A stretch of DNA of 64,000 nt from Candidatus Omnitrophota bacterium (lineage in GTDB: Bacteria > Omnitrophota > Gorgyraeia > Pluralincolimonadales > Pluralincolimonadaceae). Shown here piece by piece: positions 18,469-28,114 of the stretch. Both the position numbers and the translations under genes were made by a program. Within the stretch, counting starts at the first letter, position 1, and each line of letters starts with the position of its first letter. The stretch covers positions 96,670-160,669 of the forward strand of contig JAQUPL010000002.1 of assembly GCA_028716565.1 (NCBI GenBank), read 5' to 3'. A model generated the notes under the pieces. It saw only the letters and a program-made list of their open reading frames with translations. It was not told the origin of the DNA and made no database searches.

Positions 18469-20106
18469 ATGAGATTTTTTCTGGAAGTAATTATTTTGAT
18501 AAGCATGATCCCAACATCTTCGGCTTCCGGTCCGGTTTCAGTAACGCCCACTCCCCAAGAAATAGAGATGAAAGGAGGGGCAGCAGTCTTATCGAACGAT
18601 TGGAGCATTGTATTGGACCAGAAAGATTCCAAAAATGCACTTACTGCTAGATACTTGGCGGATAAAATTAATGACCGATTCGGCCTTATTCTTAATCTGG
18701 AAGATGTGGCCCATCCAAATAAAAAAAACCATATTGTGTTAAGTAAACTTTCCGGACAAGAGCATAATAACATAGGAGAAGAAGGTTATGTGTTGATAGC
18801 CTCAGATGGGAATATTTCCATATCGGCAAATACCCAGAAAGGTATATTCTATGGCATGCAAACGCTGTGCCAGTTGATTAAAAAAGAAGCAAACAATATA
18901 ACGGTGCCGTTGCTCAAAATCGTTGATTATCCCAAGATAAAGATCAGGGCAGTGCATTTTAGCGGAATAAAGCCCGATAAAATAAAGGAAGAAATAGAAA
19001 AAATCGCCCAGCTTAAATACAATACGGCGATAATAGAATCGCAAGCTTATTTTAGCCTTGGCCAAAGCGAAAACAGGGAATTAATGGAAGAAATATTCCG
19101 TTACGCCCGCGAACTCTATATTGAACCTATTCCCGAGGTGCTTAGCTTTAGTTCAGCGCAGGGAATATTGGTAGGCGATCCTTATTCAGTCGAAGGAATA
19201 CGTAACGAAAATAAAAAGCTTAAATTCATAAATGATATTGCCCAACCAGAAGAATCAACTGTTGGGCCTCTGGTCAATGTGATAAGAGACGGAGAAGACG
19301 AAATAATAGTCAGAAGCGCGGATGGGAAAAAAGTATTTTCCGAACACAAGGATTATAAAGTCATTGATGGGCAGATATCCTTTCCCTTCAGTTCGAGTGC
19401 CGTTCCCACGCAGATCATGAGGATCCAAGATGGCGAGATAGAAAATGGAGAAGAGGTCCTGGTTTCCTATACTTATTTTGAAAATAAACCCTCGTTTAAT
19501 TTTCCGGATTGCGTGGCCACCTATTGTCCTTCCACGGAAAGGACATATAATGTAATGACTGAAACGATAGGGAACGTGCTTAATATATTAAGGCCGTCAT
19601 ATATCAGCATCGGCCATGATGAAATAAGGGGAATGAATAGGGACAATCGTTGCAGAAAAAGAAATCTAAGCAACGCGGAATTGTTGGCGGACGATGTGAT
19701 TAAACTTTTTAATATATGTAAAAGCGTTAATCCGGATGTAAATGTATTAATGTGGAATGACATGCTTAATCCTTATTATAACGGCGGCAATGCTGATTTT
19801 GAAGTACAGTATGGAGGCCTGCCCGGAGAGACATATCCGGCCATAGATTGGATTCCTAAAGACGTTATCCTAATGACGGCGGCATACGATCCAAATAAAA
19901 GTTTCTGCCTGAAAAGTTGCGATTATTTTGACTCGAAGCAATTTAACTACCTTGTTGCCGGTTGGAACAATAAGCAGAACATTGCCGAGTGGTCTGAAAT
20001 AGCCAAACAAAGAAGCAATTGCCTCGGTATCATAGAGACCACCTGGTATGATTGGGAAGGTAATTTTGAGAATATAAAATATGCAGCCGAAGTTTCCTGG
20101 CACTAA
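18469..20106 (+). CDS. secreted glycoside hydrolase, GH20-like (beta-N-acetylhexosaminidase/dispersin-like fold), tentative
   Basis: Signal peptide. A TPTPQEIEMKGG N-domain pattern, DYPKIKIRAVHF...KYNTAIIE, and SIGHDEI resembling the GH20 H-x-G-G-D-E catalytic motif. Assigned from memory of family motifs only. Confidence 0.4.
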   Translation: MRFFLEVIILISMIPTSSASGPVSVTPTPQEIEMKGGAAVLSNDWSIVLDQKDSKNALTARYLADKINDRFGLILNLEDVAHPNKKNHIVLSKLSGQEHNNIGEEGYVLIASDGNISISANTQKGIFYGMQTLCQLIKKEANNITVPLLKIVDYPKIKIRAVHFSGIKPDKIKEEIEKIAQLKYNTAIIESQAYFSLGQSENRELMEEIFRYARELYIEPIPEVLSFSSAQGILVGDPYSVEGIRNENKKLKFINDIAQPEESTVGPLVNVIRDGEDEIIVRSADGKKVFSEHKDYKVIDGQISFPFSSSAVPTQIMRIQDGEIENGEEVLVSYTYFENKPSFNFPDCVATYCPSTERTYNVMTETIGNVLNILRPSYISIGHDEIRGMNRDNRCRKRNLSNAELLADDVIKLFNICKSVNPDVNVLMWNDMLNPYYNGGNADFEVQYGGLPGETYPAIDWIPKDVILMTAAYDPNKSFCLKSCDYFDSKQFNYLVAGWNNKQNIAEWSEIAKQRSNCLGIIETTWYDWEGNFENIKYAAEVSWH

Positions 20107-20121
20107 TTTGAGGGAGGCAAG

Positions 20122-21258
20122 ATGAAGCCGCAAAAAATTAAGGTCATCTTGATATTCGGTACGCGCCCCGAGGTGATCAAGTCCGCTCCGGTAGTGAAGG
20201 AGTTGCGGAAATATCCAAAATCGATCGAGTCCAAAGTGATAATCAGCGCACAACACAGGAAAATGGCAGACCAATTCCTAGGTCTTTTCAAGATAAAGGC
20301 CGATTTCGATTTGAATATAATGCGACCTAATCAGACGCTCTTTGACGTTACTGGGAGGTGCCTGAAAAAACTGGAAGATATTTTAAGGAAAGAGAAGCCT
20401 CATCTCGTCCTGGTCCAGGGGGATACCACTACTTCTTTTACAGCCAGCCTGGCAGCTTATTACCTGAAGATAAAAGTCGGTCACGTAGAAGCAGGCCTTC
20501 GGACTGACGATAAATACAGGCCGTTTCCGGAAGAAATGAACAGAAGGCTTGTCAGCGCCATAGGGGATTTCCATTTTTCACCAACGACGAAAGCCAGGCA
20601 AAATCTTATAAAGGAGGGGATAAACCCTTCAAGCATCTACGTCACCGGTAATACCGTTATAGATTCGCTATTGGAAGTAGCGAGGAGAAAGTTTAGATTC
20701 GATGACCCGTTTTTGCAGAAGATCTGTTCTGGTAAAAGGAAGATAATATTAGTTACCGCTCACAGGAGAGAAAGTTTCGGAAAGCCCCTGGAATCCATAT
20801 GCGAGGCCCTTAAAGAGATAGCCCGACTCTATGATGTTGAAATTATATACCCTGTCCATCTCAACCCCAATGTCCAGGTGCCTGTAAGGAAAATTCTTGC
20901 AGGTATAAAAAATATCCATCTTATTGAGCCGTTGGAGTACGAGCCGTTTATTCACCTGATGAAAAGAAGTTATATAGTATTAACAGACTCAGGCGGAGTT
21001 CAAGAGGAGGCCCCTTCATTAGGGAAACCTGTCCTAGTCATGAGGGAAGTGACTGAACGTCCGGAGGGCATTAAGGCGGGGTGCGCAAAACTTGTCGGAA
21101 TGGATAAGAAAAGGATAATTTCCGCCGTTAAGAAGCTCCTGAATTCCAAGCCGGCATACAACAAGATGGCCAAATCGGTAAATCCGTATGGCGACGGGAA
21201 AGCAGCGAAAAGGATAGTGAGCGTTATTTTGCACTCAAGAAAAAGGCTTGTCAGGTAG
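20122..21258 (+). CDS. wecB: UDP-N-acetylglucosamine 2-epimerase (non-hydrolysing)
   Basis: IFGTRPEVIK, HVEAGLRTDDKYRPFPEEMNRRL and the overall WecB/MnaA architecture. Confidence 0.9.
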   Translation: MKPQKIKVILIFGTRPEVIKSAPVVKELRKYPKSIESKVIISAQHRKMADQFLGLFKIKADFDLNIMRPNQTLFDVTGRCLKKLEDILRKEKPHLVLVQGDTTTSFTASLAAYYLKIKVGHVEAGLRTDDKYRPFPEEMNRRLVSAIGDFHFSPTTKARQNLIKEGINPSSIYVTGNTVIDSLLEVARRKFRFDDPFLQKICSGKRKIILVTAHRRESFGKPLESICEALKEIARLYDVEIIYPVHLNPNVQVPVRKILAGIKNIHLIEPLEYEPFIHLMKRSYIVLTDSGGVQEEAPSLGKPVLVMREVTERPEGIKAGCAKLVGMDKKRIISAVKKLLNSKPAYNKMAKSVNPYGDGKAAKRIVSVILHSRKRLVR

Positions 21259-21261
21259 ACT

Positions 21262-22401
21262 ATGGCTGCATGGCTATTTTGGTTTTCGATAGGTCTAGTG
21301 GCGACTAGTTATTTCGGCTATCCTTTTATTATGGCCGTGTTAGCAGCTGTTTTGAAAAAGCCCTATGAAATAAAAGATATAGAACCATACGTTAGCTTGA
21401 TCATTCCTGCCCATAATGAGGAAAAAGTTATAGCCGATAAGCTTAATAATGCCCTGTCTCTGGACTATCCCCGGGATAAGTTCGAAATCTTGTTAATTCT
21501 GGATGGTTGTATTGATAAGACTAAAGCAATCGCCGCGGGTTACAAAGATTCTCGGCTGAAATTAATCGAGCAAAACCCCAGAAAAGGCAAAATGGCCGCC
21601 CTGAATTTAGCAGTTCCGCAAGCCAAGGGTGATATAGTCGTATTTACCGACGCGAATTCCCTCTACGAGAAAGATGCCATAAGAAAACTAGTAAGGAATT
21701 TTGCCGATAAAAGAATAGGTTGCGTGTGCGGAGAATTAAAATATCGCAACGAATCTCTGGTAGGAGAGGGCGAAGACCTGTATTGGAAATATGAAAAATT
21801 CATAAAGACAAACGAAAGTCGCTTATATTCTTTATTAGTAGTGAACGGTTCCATATATGCCATAAGGAAAGACCTGTTCGAACCGGTCGAAGAGACCCTG
21901 GCAGATGACTTTGTGGTACCCATGGTCATAGCCAAAAAGGGATACGGCCTTGTATATGAACCTGAAGCAGTTACCCTGGAAAAGACCGCAGCGAGCACAA
22001 AAGAAGGAATAAGCCAGAAAGCCAGGATCATCGCGCAGGGGCTTAAAGCCGGTTTTGCTGTCGGCCGGATCATTGTTTTGTCAGGGCCTCTGAGATTATT
22101 TCAATTCCTGTTCCATAAGTTTATCCGCTGGTTTGTTCCCGTTTTTTTAATTATAATGTTTCTATCCAATATATTTTTACTGAACGAGCCGTTCTATAAA
22201 GTTATATTTTTGTGCCAAGGTCTATTTTACATATTCGCGGCGATCGGCCATTTACTGGAAAAAAATAACGTAAAGATAGGCATCTTCAAAATCCCGCTTT
22301 ATTTTTGTGTGGTCAACTTGGCCTCGGCCATCGGTATAATCAAGTTTTTGACAGGCGGGATAAAGGCAACCTGGGAAAAAGCGGAAACAACAAGAGGATA
22401 A
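21262..22401 (+). CDS. glycosyltransferase family 2 (membrane-anchored)
   Basis: SLIIPAHNEE, ILDGCIDKT and a DxD-like TDANS motif, plus C-terminal TM helices. Confidence 0.75.
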   Translation: MAAWLFWFSIGLVATSYFGYPFIMAVLAAVLKKPYEIKDIEPYVSLIIPAHNEEKVIADKLNNALSLDYPRDKFEILLILDGCIDKTKAIAAGYKDSRLKLIEQNPRKGKMAALNLAVPQAKGDIVVFTDANSLYEKDAIRKLVRNFADKRIGCVCGELKYRNESLVGEGEDLYWKYEKFIKTNESRLYSLLVVNGSIYAIRKDLFEPVEETLADDFVVPMVIAKKGYGLVYEPEAVTLEKTAASTKEGISQKARIIAQGLKAGFAVGRIIVLSGPLRLFQFLFHKFIRWFVPVFLIIMFLSNIFLLNEPFYKVIFLCQGLFYIFAAIGHLLEKNNVKIGIFKIPLYFCVVNLASAIGIIKFLTGGIKATWEKAETTRG

Positions 22402-22404
22402 ACC

Positions 22405-23442
22405 ATGATCAGGTATTTCTTAACCTCATTTTTCATCTCCGCGGCGGCGGCGATCGTCTTTACCCCTATAGTCAGAAGGTTGGCGCTGGCGTTAGGGGTT
22501 GTCGACAAACCCGGCGGCCGGAAGGTGCACCGGCAGAACATGCCGACTTTGGGCGGGATAGCGATAGCCGCGGCGTTTTTCGCGGGCATAACCGTCGCTT
22601 TTAGGGCAGTGCCGGGGGCGATGGGCACATTTTCACTGAAATTTGCGGGATTATGCGTAGGCAGCGCGATCATCCTGCTGCTGGGGGTGATAGATGATAT
22701 CGTACCGCTCAAAGCGAAATTGAAACTCGTCTTCCAGGTCATAGCCGCTTCTATCCTGATCGGATGCGGATTTACGGTTGAAGAAGTGACCATACCGTTT
22801 TACGGAAAATTCTCCCTCGGGATCTCCGGGGCCGTTTTTTCGATGCTCTGGATAGTCGGCATCGTCAATGCCATAAACCTTCTCGACGGACTTGACGGGC
22901 TCGCTGCCGGCGTCTCGGCGATAGCCTCGTTTTTTATCTTCCTGTCAGCCGTCGAACAGCACGATTATGTAGTGGCTTTCCTGGCTTTCGCCCTTACCGG
23001 CGCTTGCGCGGGATTCCTGCCGTTCAATTTTTATCCGGCGAGAATATTTATGGGGAATCCGGGAAGTATGTTCCTTGGATTTATACTGGCGGCGATATCC
23101 ATAGTCAGTTTCCAAAAAAGTAGTACCGTGATAACTCTATTTATCCCGGTAATAGCCCTGGGCGTCCCTATAATCGATACCTTGCTTGCCATCGTCCGCC
23201 GCCTGGCAAAAAAGAAACACATCTTTCAGGCCGACAAGGAGCACATCCACCATAAACTCCTTTTCCGTGAGGAATCCCAGAGGAGGGTGGTGCTCTCTCT
23301 TTATTTCCTGTCGGTCTGTTTCGGGATGATCGCCCTGAGCTTCAGGGGCATAAAAGGCCTTTATGCTATTATCGCTCTGGGCGTCGTGATCTTAGTGACT
23401 TATAAGTGGATGAAAGATTCCGGCTTCCTCGATTTTAGGTAA
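22405..23442 (+). CDS. MraY/WecA-family polyprenyl-phosphate N-acetylhexosamine-1-phosphate transferase
   Basis: IVNAINLLDGLDGLAAG and the multi-TM architecture, consistent with an initiating glycosyl-1-P transferase. Confidence 0.8.
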   Translation: MIRYFLTSFFISAAAAIVFTPIVRRLALALGVVDKPGGRKVHRQNMPTLGGIAIAAAFFAGITVAFRAVPGAMGTFSLKFAGLCVGSAIILLLGVIDDIVPLKAKLKLVFQVIAASILIGCGFTVEEVTIPFYGKFSLGISGAVFSMLWIVGIVNAINLLDGLDGLAAGVSAIASFFIFLSAVEQHDYVVAFLAFALTGACAGFLPFNFYPARIFMGNPGSMFLGFILAAISIVSFQKSSTVITLFIPVIALGVPIIDTLLAIVRRLAKKKHIFQADKEHIHHKLLFREESQRRVVLSLYFLSVCFGMIALSFRGIKGLYAIIALGVVILVTYKWMKDSGFLDFR

Positions 23443-23490
23443 TTTATTATCCTTGACAAAATTGCTTAATTGTAGTAAATTTTAAGGACA

Positions 23491-24321
23491 ATGGAATGTT
23501 CTTTAGCGATAAAAGGAATTGCCAGCACAAGGATCCTGCAGGAGCTTCAGGGCGCGTTCCTGAAGTTTACGGGCATGGAATTCTCTTTCGTGGACCTGAA
23601 GGGGAAGCCCGTGATAATCTCGCAGTATGCCGGGCATTCCTGTAAAGCCCTCCTCTCGTCGAAGAAAAAAGATTCCGCGTTCCCGGACGTCGTAACTAAA
23701 TCGTGCAATTCCCTCTCCGGCTCGAAGAAACCCGTTATTTCCGAATATAATAAAACACCGCTGGCGTTCGTCCCTATAATAATAGAGGGGAACGCGATAG
23801 GCGCGGTCTTGATGTGCCCCGGCGGCAGCCAGGCCGCCAATGCCGGGATATCGAAGGAGCAATTCAAAAGCGCGGCCGAGCTTTTATTCATTTTTGTAAA
23901 TTATGTGTTTAAGCATGAATTCGACTTCCTGGTCGTTTCCGATACAGACAAGCAGTATTCGCGCAACCAGGAAGCGGTCCTTAAAGCTGTAGCGTTCATA
24001 AAGAAAAACTACCACGACAAGGACATATCCCTCCAGAAAGTAGCCGCGGAAGTCGCCCTGAGCCATTACTATTTCAGCCATATTTTCAAGGATGAGCTTA
24101 AGATCACTTTTATAGAATATTTGACGAAGGTCAGGATGGAAGCTTCGGCCAAGCTTTTGAAAAACCGCAACCTGAATGTTAACCAGATCGCGTATGCCGT
24201 TGGATACCAGGACCCGAATTATTTCAGTAAAGTTTTTAAAAGATACATGAAAACCTCCCCGATCGAATACAGGAACAATATGCTGAGAAAGGGGACAGAA
24301 AAACAAATAATTACGGCATAA
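23491..24321 (+). CDS. AraC-family transcriptional regulator with N-terminal PocR-like sensor domain
   Basis: C-terminal AraC HTH (LQKVAAEVALSHYYFSHIFK...IAYAVGYQDPNYFSKVFKRY). The N-terminal region resembles PocR. A promoter-like TTGACA sits upstream. Confidence 0.75.
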   Translation: MECSLAIKGIASTRILQELQGAFLKFTGMEFSFVDLKGKPVIISQYAGHSCKALLSSKKKDSAFPDVVTKSCNSLSGSKKPVISEYNKTPLAFVPIIIEGNAIGAVLMCPGGSQAANAGISKEQFKSAAELLFIFVNYVFKHEFDFLVVSDTDKQYSRNQEAVLKAVAFIKKNYHDKDISLQKVAAEVALSHYYFSHIFKDELKITFIEYLTKVRMEASAKLLKNRNLNVNQIAYAVGYQDPNYFSKVFKRYMKTSPIEYRNNMLRKGTEKQIITA

Positions 24322-24336
24322 AAGCAACAAAACCCA

Positions 24337-24364
24337 TTGACACTGTTTACTTTTGTGTTATACT
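24337..24364 (+). promoter_or_regulatory. sigma70-like promoter upstream of the PilZ gene
   Basis: TTGACA (24337-24342), a 16-nt spacer, then TATACT (24359-24364). Confidence 0.5.
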
Positions 24365-24396
24365 AACCTTAATTTATTGCAGCACAAGGAGAAAGA

Positions 24397-24864
24397 ATGT
24401 CAGAACGCAGAAAGTATAAACGTGTCGACGTGAATGTTGCTATTAAGGGTAAGCTCATCGACCCCCAGAAAAAGGTCGATATTACCGGCGACATCCTGTT
24501 GAAGGCGAAAAATTTAAATGAAGGGGGCGCTTTGCTTGAATGGCCGCGCTCCTGGGATTGCGAATCCTGCTCTAATTGCCTCGGCTGGGTGCATAATTCC
24601 ACCTGCAAACTTAAGGAAGGCGGGCAAAGGGACAGCGAATTTAACAAGGATCTGGTCCCGGGGATGCATATCACTATACGTATAGTGCCGGGAAACGATA
24701 TAGAGCCGGTAAATGCTTTGGGTAAAGTAAGCTGGGTCAGGTCCGCAGGAAGCGAGAGGGCAGACAGCTATAATGTCGGGGTCTCTTTCGTTGAAGATGA
24801 AAAGCAGGAACCGGACATCAAAAAGAAGATCCTGGTCATAAAGAAAAGTTTCGAAACAACTTAG
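24397..24864 (+). CDS. PilZ domain protein (putative c-di-GMP receptor) with Cys-rich insertion
   Basis: RRKYKR followed by NLNEGGA fits the PilZ RxxxR...(D/N)xSxxG motifs. Also carries CESCSNC...C. Confidence 0.55.
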   Translation: MSERRKYKRVDVNVAIKGKLIDPQKKVDITGDILLKAKNLNEGGALLEWPRSWDCESCSNCLGWVHNSTCKLKEGGQRDSEFNKDLVPGMHITIRIVPGNDIEPVNALGKVSWVRSAGSERADSYNVGVSFVEDEKQEPDIKKKILVIKKSFETT

Positions 24865-25737
24865 ATGCTGAGTTTTTCTGTCTGGTCGATAACATTCAGG
24901 ATGATCGCCAAGTATCCCCGCGTCCTTATCCCGTTTTTTATCAAAGCGATATTCGAAGCCCTGGCGCTTACCGTATTTTTTTATTCACCCCGTTCGCCTT
25001 TACTGGCTATCTTCGGGCCGCCCATTACATCGTTCTTTACCACTAGGACCCCGTCGGGGGTTATTTCCGGGGCGCGTTATCTGCACTATCCCATCAACTT
25101 CGAGCTTCTCCCTACTCTTTTTTATTACGGCCAGATCTTCGTTATGATAACCGTCGGAGCGGTAATGTACGGCATGGCGATGGGGATGGTGTCACAGGCC
25201 CACTCGGAAGGCGGGGAGGTCAAGATATTCGGCAATTTTAACAGGTCCCTGAGGCGCTATTTAGCCTTGGTCGGCGTATGGCTTATAACTTTTATCCTCT
25301 CTCTCGCGATCCTGAAGCTTCCGCCGCTGATCATAACAAAATTGATGCCCCCGACGCCGACGGCGATGTTGCTGCTCCGTATACTGTCCTATGCGGGTAT
25401 CGTAGTCATTTTCGTTATCGAGGCGCTCTTTATCTACGCATATCCTGCCGTCATCATCGAGCGGAAAAGCTTTTTCGGGGCCATCGGAAGGTCGTTTAGC
25501 GTCATAAGGCATGTTTTCTTGACGACGGTCGTGCTGGTCTTTGTCCCGAGATTATTTGAGTTTTTGTATGTATTCGTCAGGCAGAAACAACAGGGCCTTA
25601 TGAACCTGACGGTTCCCGAGGCAACCCTCGTTATCTTAGGCGTAAGCATCGTACTCACCCTGGTCACCGACGCGCTGGTCTTTTTAAGCGCCGCGAATCT
25701 TTTTATCCTTAAGCAGGAAACGGAAAAAGGGGCGTAA
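24865..25737 (+). CDS. hypothetical polytopic membrane protein
   Basis: Six or more hydrophobic helices. Immediately follows the PilZ gene. No family recognised. Confidence 0.4.
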   Translation: MLSFSVWSITFRMIAKYPRVLIPFFIKAIFEALALTVFFYSPRSPLLAIFGPPITSFFTTRTPSGVISGARYLHYPINFELLPTLFYYGQIFVMITVGAVMYGMAMGMVSQAHSEGGEVKIFGNFNRSLRRYLALVGVWLITFILSLAILKLPPLIITKLMPPTPTAMLLLRILSYAGIVVIFVIEALFIYAYPAVIIERKSFFGAIGRSFSVIRHVFLTTVVLVFVPRLFEFLYVFVRQKQQGLMNLTVPEATLVILGVSIVLTLVTDALVFLSAANLFILKQETEKGA

Positions 25738-25739
25738 AG

Positions 25740-26588
25740 TTGCTCAAGAAGACGATTATCATACCGTTTATTTTCGCCGCAGCCGTAATGCTGAACGGCT
25801 GCGATTCGGGGACATATTCCGCCGAAAAAAGATTCTGGCATGCTTCCAAGGTGTTCAACCAGTTGTTGAAGGCCCCGGACAAAGCGACGCCGGTCGATTA
25901 CCAGAAGATCATCGACTCTTTCCGCGAGATAACCATCCGGTACCCGATGTGGCCTAACAGCGGGCAGGCGCAATTTAATATAGGCCAGCTCTATGCCATG
26001 CAGGGGAATTTTTCCAAGGCGAGGGATGAATTCATGGTCATCCTTAAGGATTACGCGGCGAACACCGATCTGTGCGCCAGGAGCCTTTTTGCGGCGGCGT
26101 TGGTATATGAGAGGGAGGATAACTGGCCCAAGGCGAAAGAAACTTTCGACAGGTTAGAAAAAGACTATACCGACACAGGGACGGCATTCCAGGTGCCGCT
26201 GCATGTCGCCGAGTATTATAAAGTAAAAGGGAAGAACGCCGAGGCGGACGCCGCTTATCTCGTTGCGCTGGATAAATACAAGAAGATGATCAAGGACAGG
26301 CCTAAGACCTACGGCGCCCTGCTTACGATCGACCTGGTGGTAAATTGTTATACCGACCAGGAGAAATGGAATGAGGCCGTGGATTATTTAGGCGGCCTCG
26401 TCAACGACTATCCTGATACCCTGCTTGCCCCAAAGGCCAAACTCATACAGGCCGCTATCTATGAGCAGAAACTCAACCAACTAGAAAAGTCGCGCGAGCT
26501 TTACGACGAAATAATCAAGAATTACTCCAAGACGCCGTTCGCGAAAACCGCCCAGCAGCAGGTCGAAAGGCTTAATAAGCCCAAATAA
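25740..26588 (+). CDS. TPR-repeat lipoprotein
   Basis: Lipoprotein signal (AAAVMLNGCDSG) and TPR-like repeats. Lies immediately upstream of the exosortase gene. Confidence 0.6.
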   Translation: MLKKTIIIPFIFAAAVMLNGCDSGTYSAEKRFWHASKVFNQLLKAPDKATPVDYQKIIDSFREITIRYPMWPNSGQAQFNIGQLYAMQGNFSKARDEFMVILKDYAANTDLCARSLFAAALVYEREDNWPKAKETFDRLEKDYTDTGTAFQVPLHVAEYYKVKGKNAEADAAYLVALDKYKKMIKDRPKTYGALLTIDLVVNCYTDQEKWNEAVDYLGGLVNDYPDTLLAPKAKLIQAAIYEQKLNQLEKSRELYDEIIKNYSKTPFAKTAQQQVERLNKPK

Positions 26589-26589
26589 G

Positions 26590-27429
26590 ATGAAGAATAT
26601 TTCCAGGTATGGTCCGATAATAGTCGCGGCCCTTTTAATGCTGATATACCTGCCTACTTTTGTATGGATGAAAGCCCGTTTTGATGAAGTGGAATCGTAT
26701 TATTCCCACGGATACCTCGTCCCCCTGGTTTTTGCTTACCTTATCTGGATGAAGAGGGATGAACTGAGAAAATGCGCTATTAAACCCGCCGGCCTGGCAT
26801 TGCTTATTTTCGTTCCCGCGCTCCTGGTCCATCTCCTGGCCTATTTCTTCGAGATCAATTTCGTATCGGGATTTACCCTTATTGCGGCGATATTCGGCCT
26901 CGCATTGTATCTGTACGGGCCGGATATCGCTAAAAAGACGGCTTTCCCTGTCATATTTTTAATATTTATGGTCCCCCTGCCCCAGGTCATGATAATAAAT
27001 ATAAGTTTTAAAATGAAGATGATGGCCGCGCAGGTCGCGACAGGCATCGTTAACCTCATTGGCATACACGCCGTAAGGGACGGGAGCATAGTTTACCTTA
27101 AGCCGGACACTTCGCTGACAATAGGAAGCCCGTGCAGCGGGCTGAGTTCCCTGATCGCGCTGACGGCGTTAGGCGCGCTATACGCTTACCTGGCAAAGAT
27201 GTCCGGGTCGAGGAAAATTATCCTTTTCCTCCTGTCGATACCGATAGCCTTGGCGGCTAACATATTCAGGATAGTCATGCTTCTTCTTGTGGGTTTCGCG
27301 TATGACGCGAAAGTGGCGACCGGTCCGTTTGTGCACGGTTTCCTGGCGTTCTTACTTTATATCTTCGCTATCGCAGGGTTATTAATAGTAGGGAGAATGT
27401 TGTCGTGGGCAAAAATGAACGCAACCTAA
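26590..27429 (+). CDS. exosortase (XrtA/EpsH family)
   Basis: 8-TM protein with an N-terminal W...YSHGYLVP...W..R motif, the catalytic-Cys motif GSPCSGLSSL and NIFRIV (Asn/Arg). Followed by EpsI and PEP-CTERM genes. Confidence 0.8.
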   Translation: MKNISRYGPIIVAALLMLIYLPTFVWMKARFDEVESYYSHGYLVPLVFAYLIWMKRDELRKCAIKPAGLALLIFVPALLVHLLAYFFEINFVSGFTLIAAIFGLALYLYGPDIAKKTAFPVIFLIFMVPLPQVMIINISFKMKMMAAQVATGIVNLIGIHAVRDGSIVYLKPDTSLTIGSPCSGLSSLIALTALGALYAYLAKMSGSRKIILFLLSIPIALAANIFRIVMLLLVGFAYDAKVATGPFVHGFLAFLLYIFAIAGLLIVGRMLSWAKMNAT

Positions 27430-28055
27430 TAATCGCGATCGTCATCTTAGCCGCTTGCGGGGCGTGTGTCTTCGGGATCTCTACCGTCAAAAGGGCCCCG
27501 TCCCGGGCCGTAAAATTAATGGAGTTCCCCCTTAATCTCGGCGAATGGACAGGGAAGGATATCAAGTTCGAAGATAAGGAATACGAAAAACAGGTTTACG
27601 AGATACTCGGCACAGACAAGGTCCTGATCAGGGCATACTCGGACAGGAAGAATGAGTCGGCCGCGGTACAGGTGGTCTATTCCGACCAGAAGAGGCAGAG
27701 TTTCCATCCGCCCGAATATTGCTACCTGGGAAGCGGCGCAAACGAGCTTTTAGAGACAGGCAAGGCGCAGGTCGCGCTTGACGGCGGCAAGGTTTTGCAG
27801 GTAAACAGGACAGTATACCAGACGAAAAGGGGAAAGGTGCTGATGCTCGATTGGTATACCGCCGGAGATATGATGACGGGTAATTATTATAAACAACAGA
27901 TGTATTTCATGATCAACCAGCTTAAGCGCGCGAAAAGCGGGGGTTCGGCCGTAAGGGTCTGGACGCCGATAATAGGAAATGATGTTGACGCCGCGTTCGA
28001 CAGGTGCCGGCGCTTGATACGCGAGATGGTAAAACTCCTTCCCGATTACCTATAA
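27405..28055 (+). CDS. exosortase-associated EpsI family protein
   Basis: N-terminal TM helix and an HPPEYCYLGSG motif characteristic of EpsI. Overlaps the exosortase 3' end. Confidence 0.8.
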   Translation: MGKNERNLIIAIVILAACGACVFGISTVKRAPSRAVKLMEFPLNLGEWTGKDIKFEDKEYEKQVYEILGTDKVLIRAYSDRKNESAAVQVVYSDQKRQSFHPPEYCYLGSGANELLETGKAQVALDGGKVLQVNRTVYQTKRGKVLMLDWYTAGDMMTGNYYKQQMYFMINQLKRAKSGGSAVRVWTPIIGNDVDAAFDRCRRLIREMVKLLPDYL

Positions 28056-28085
28056 ATAATACTAAAAAATAGCAATTTTTTTCTC

Positions 28086-28114
28086 TTGACATACTTACCC
28101 TCGTGGGGTATAGT
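28086..28114 (+). promoter_or_regulatory. consensus sigma70 promoter for the PEP-CTERM gene
   Basis: TTGACA (28086-28091), a 17-nt spacer, then TATAGT (28109-28114). Followed by a leader of about 137 nt and the RBS AAAGGAGGAGGTGG. Confidence 0.65.
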
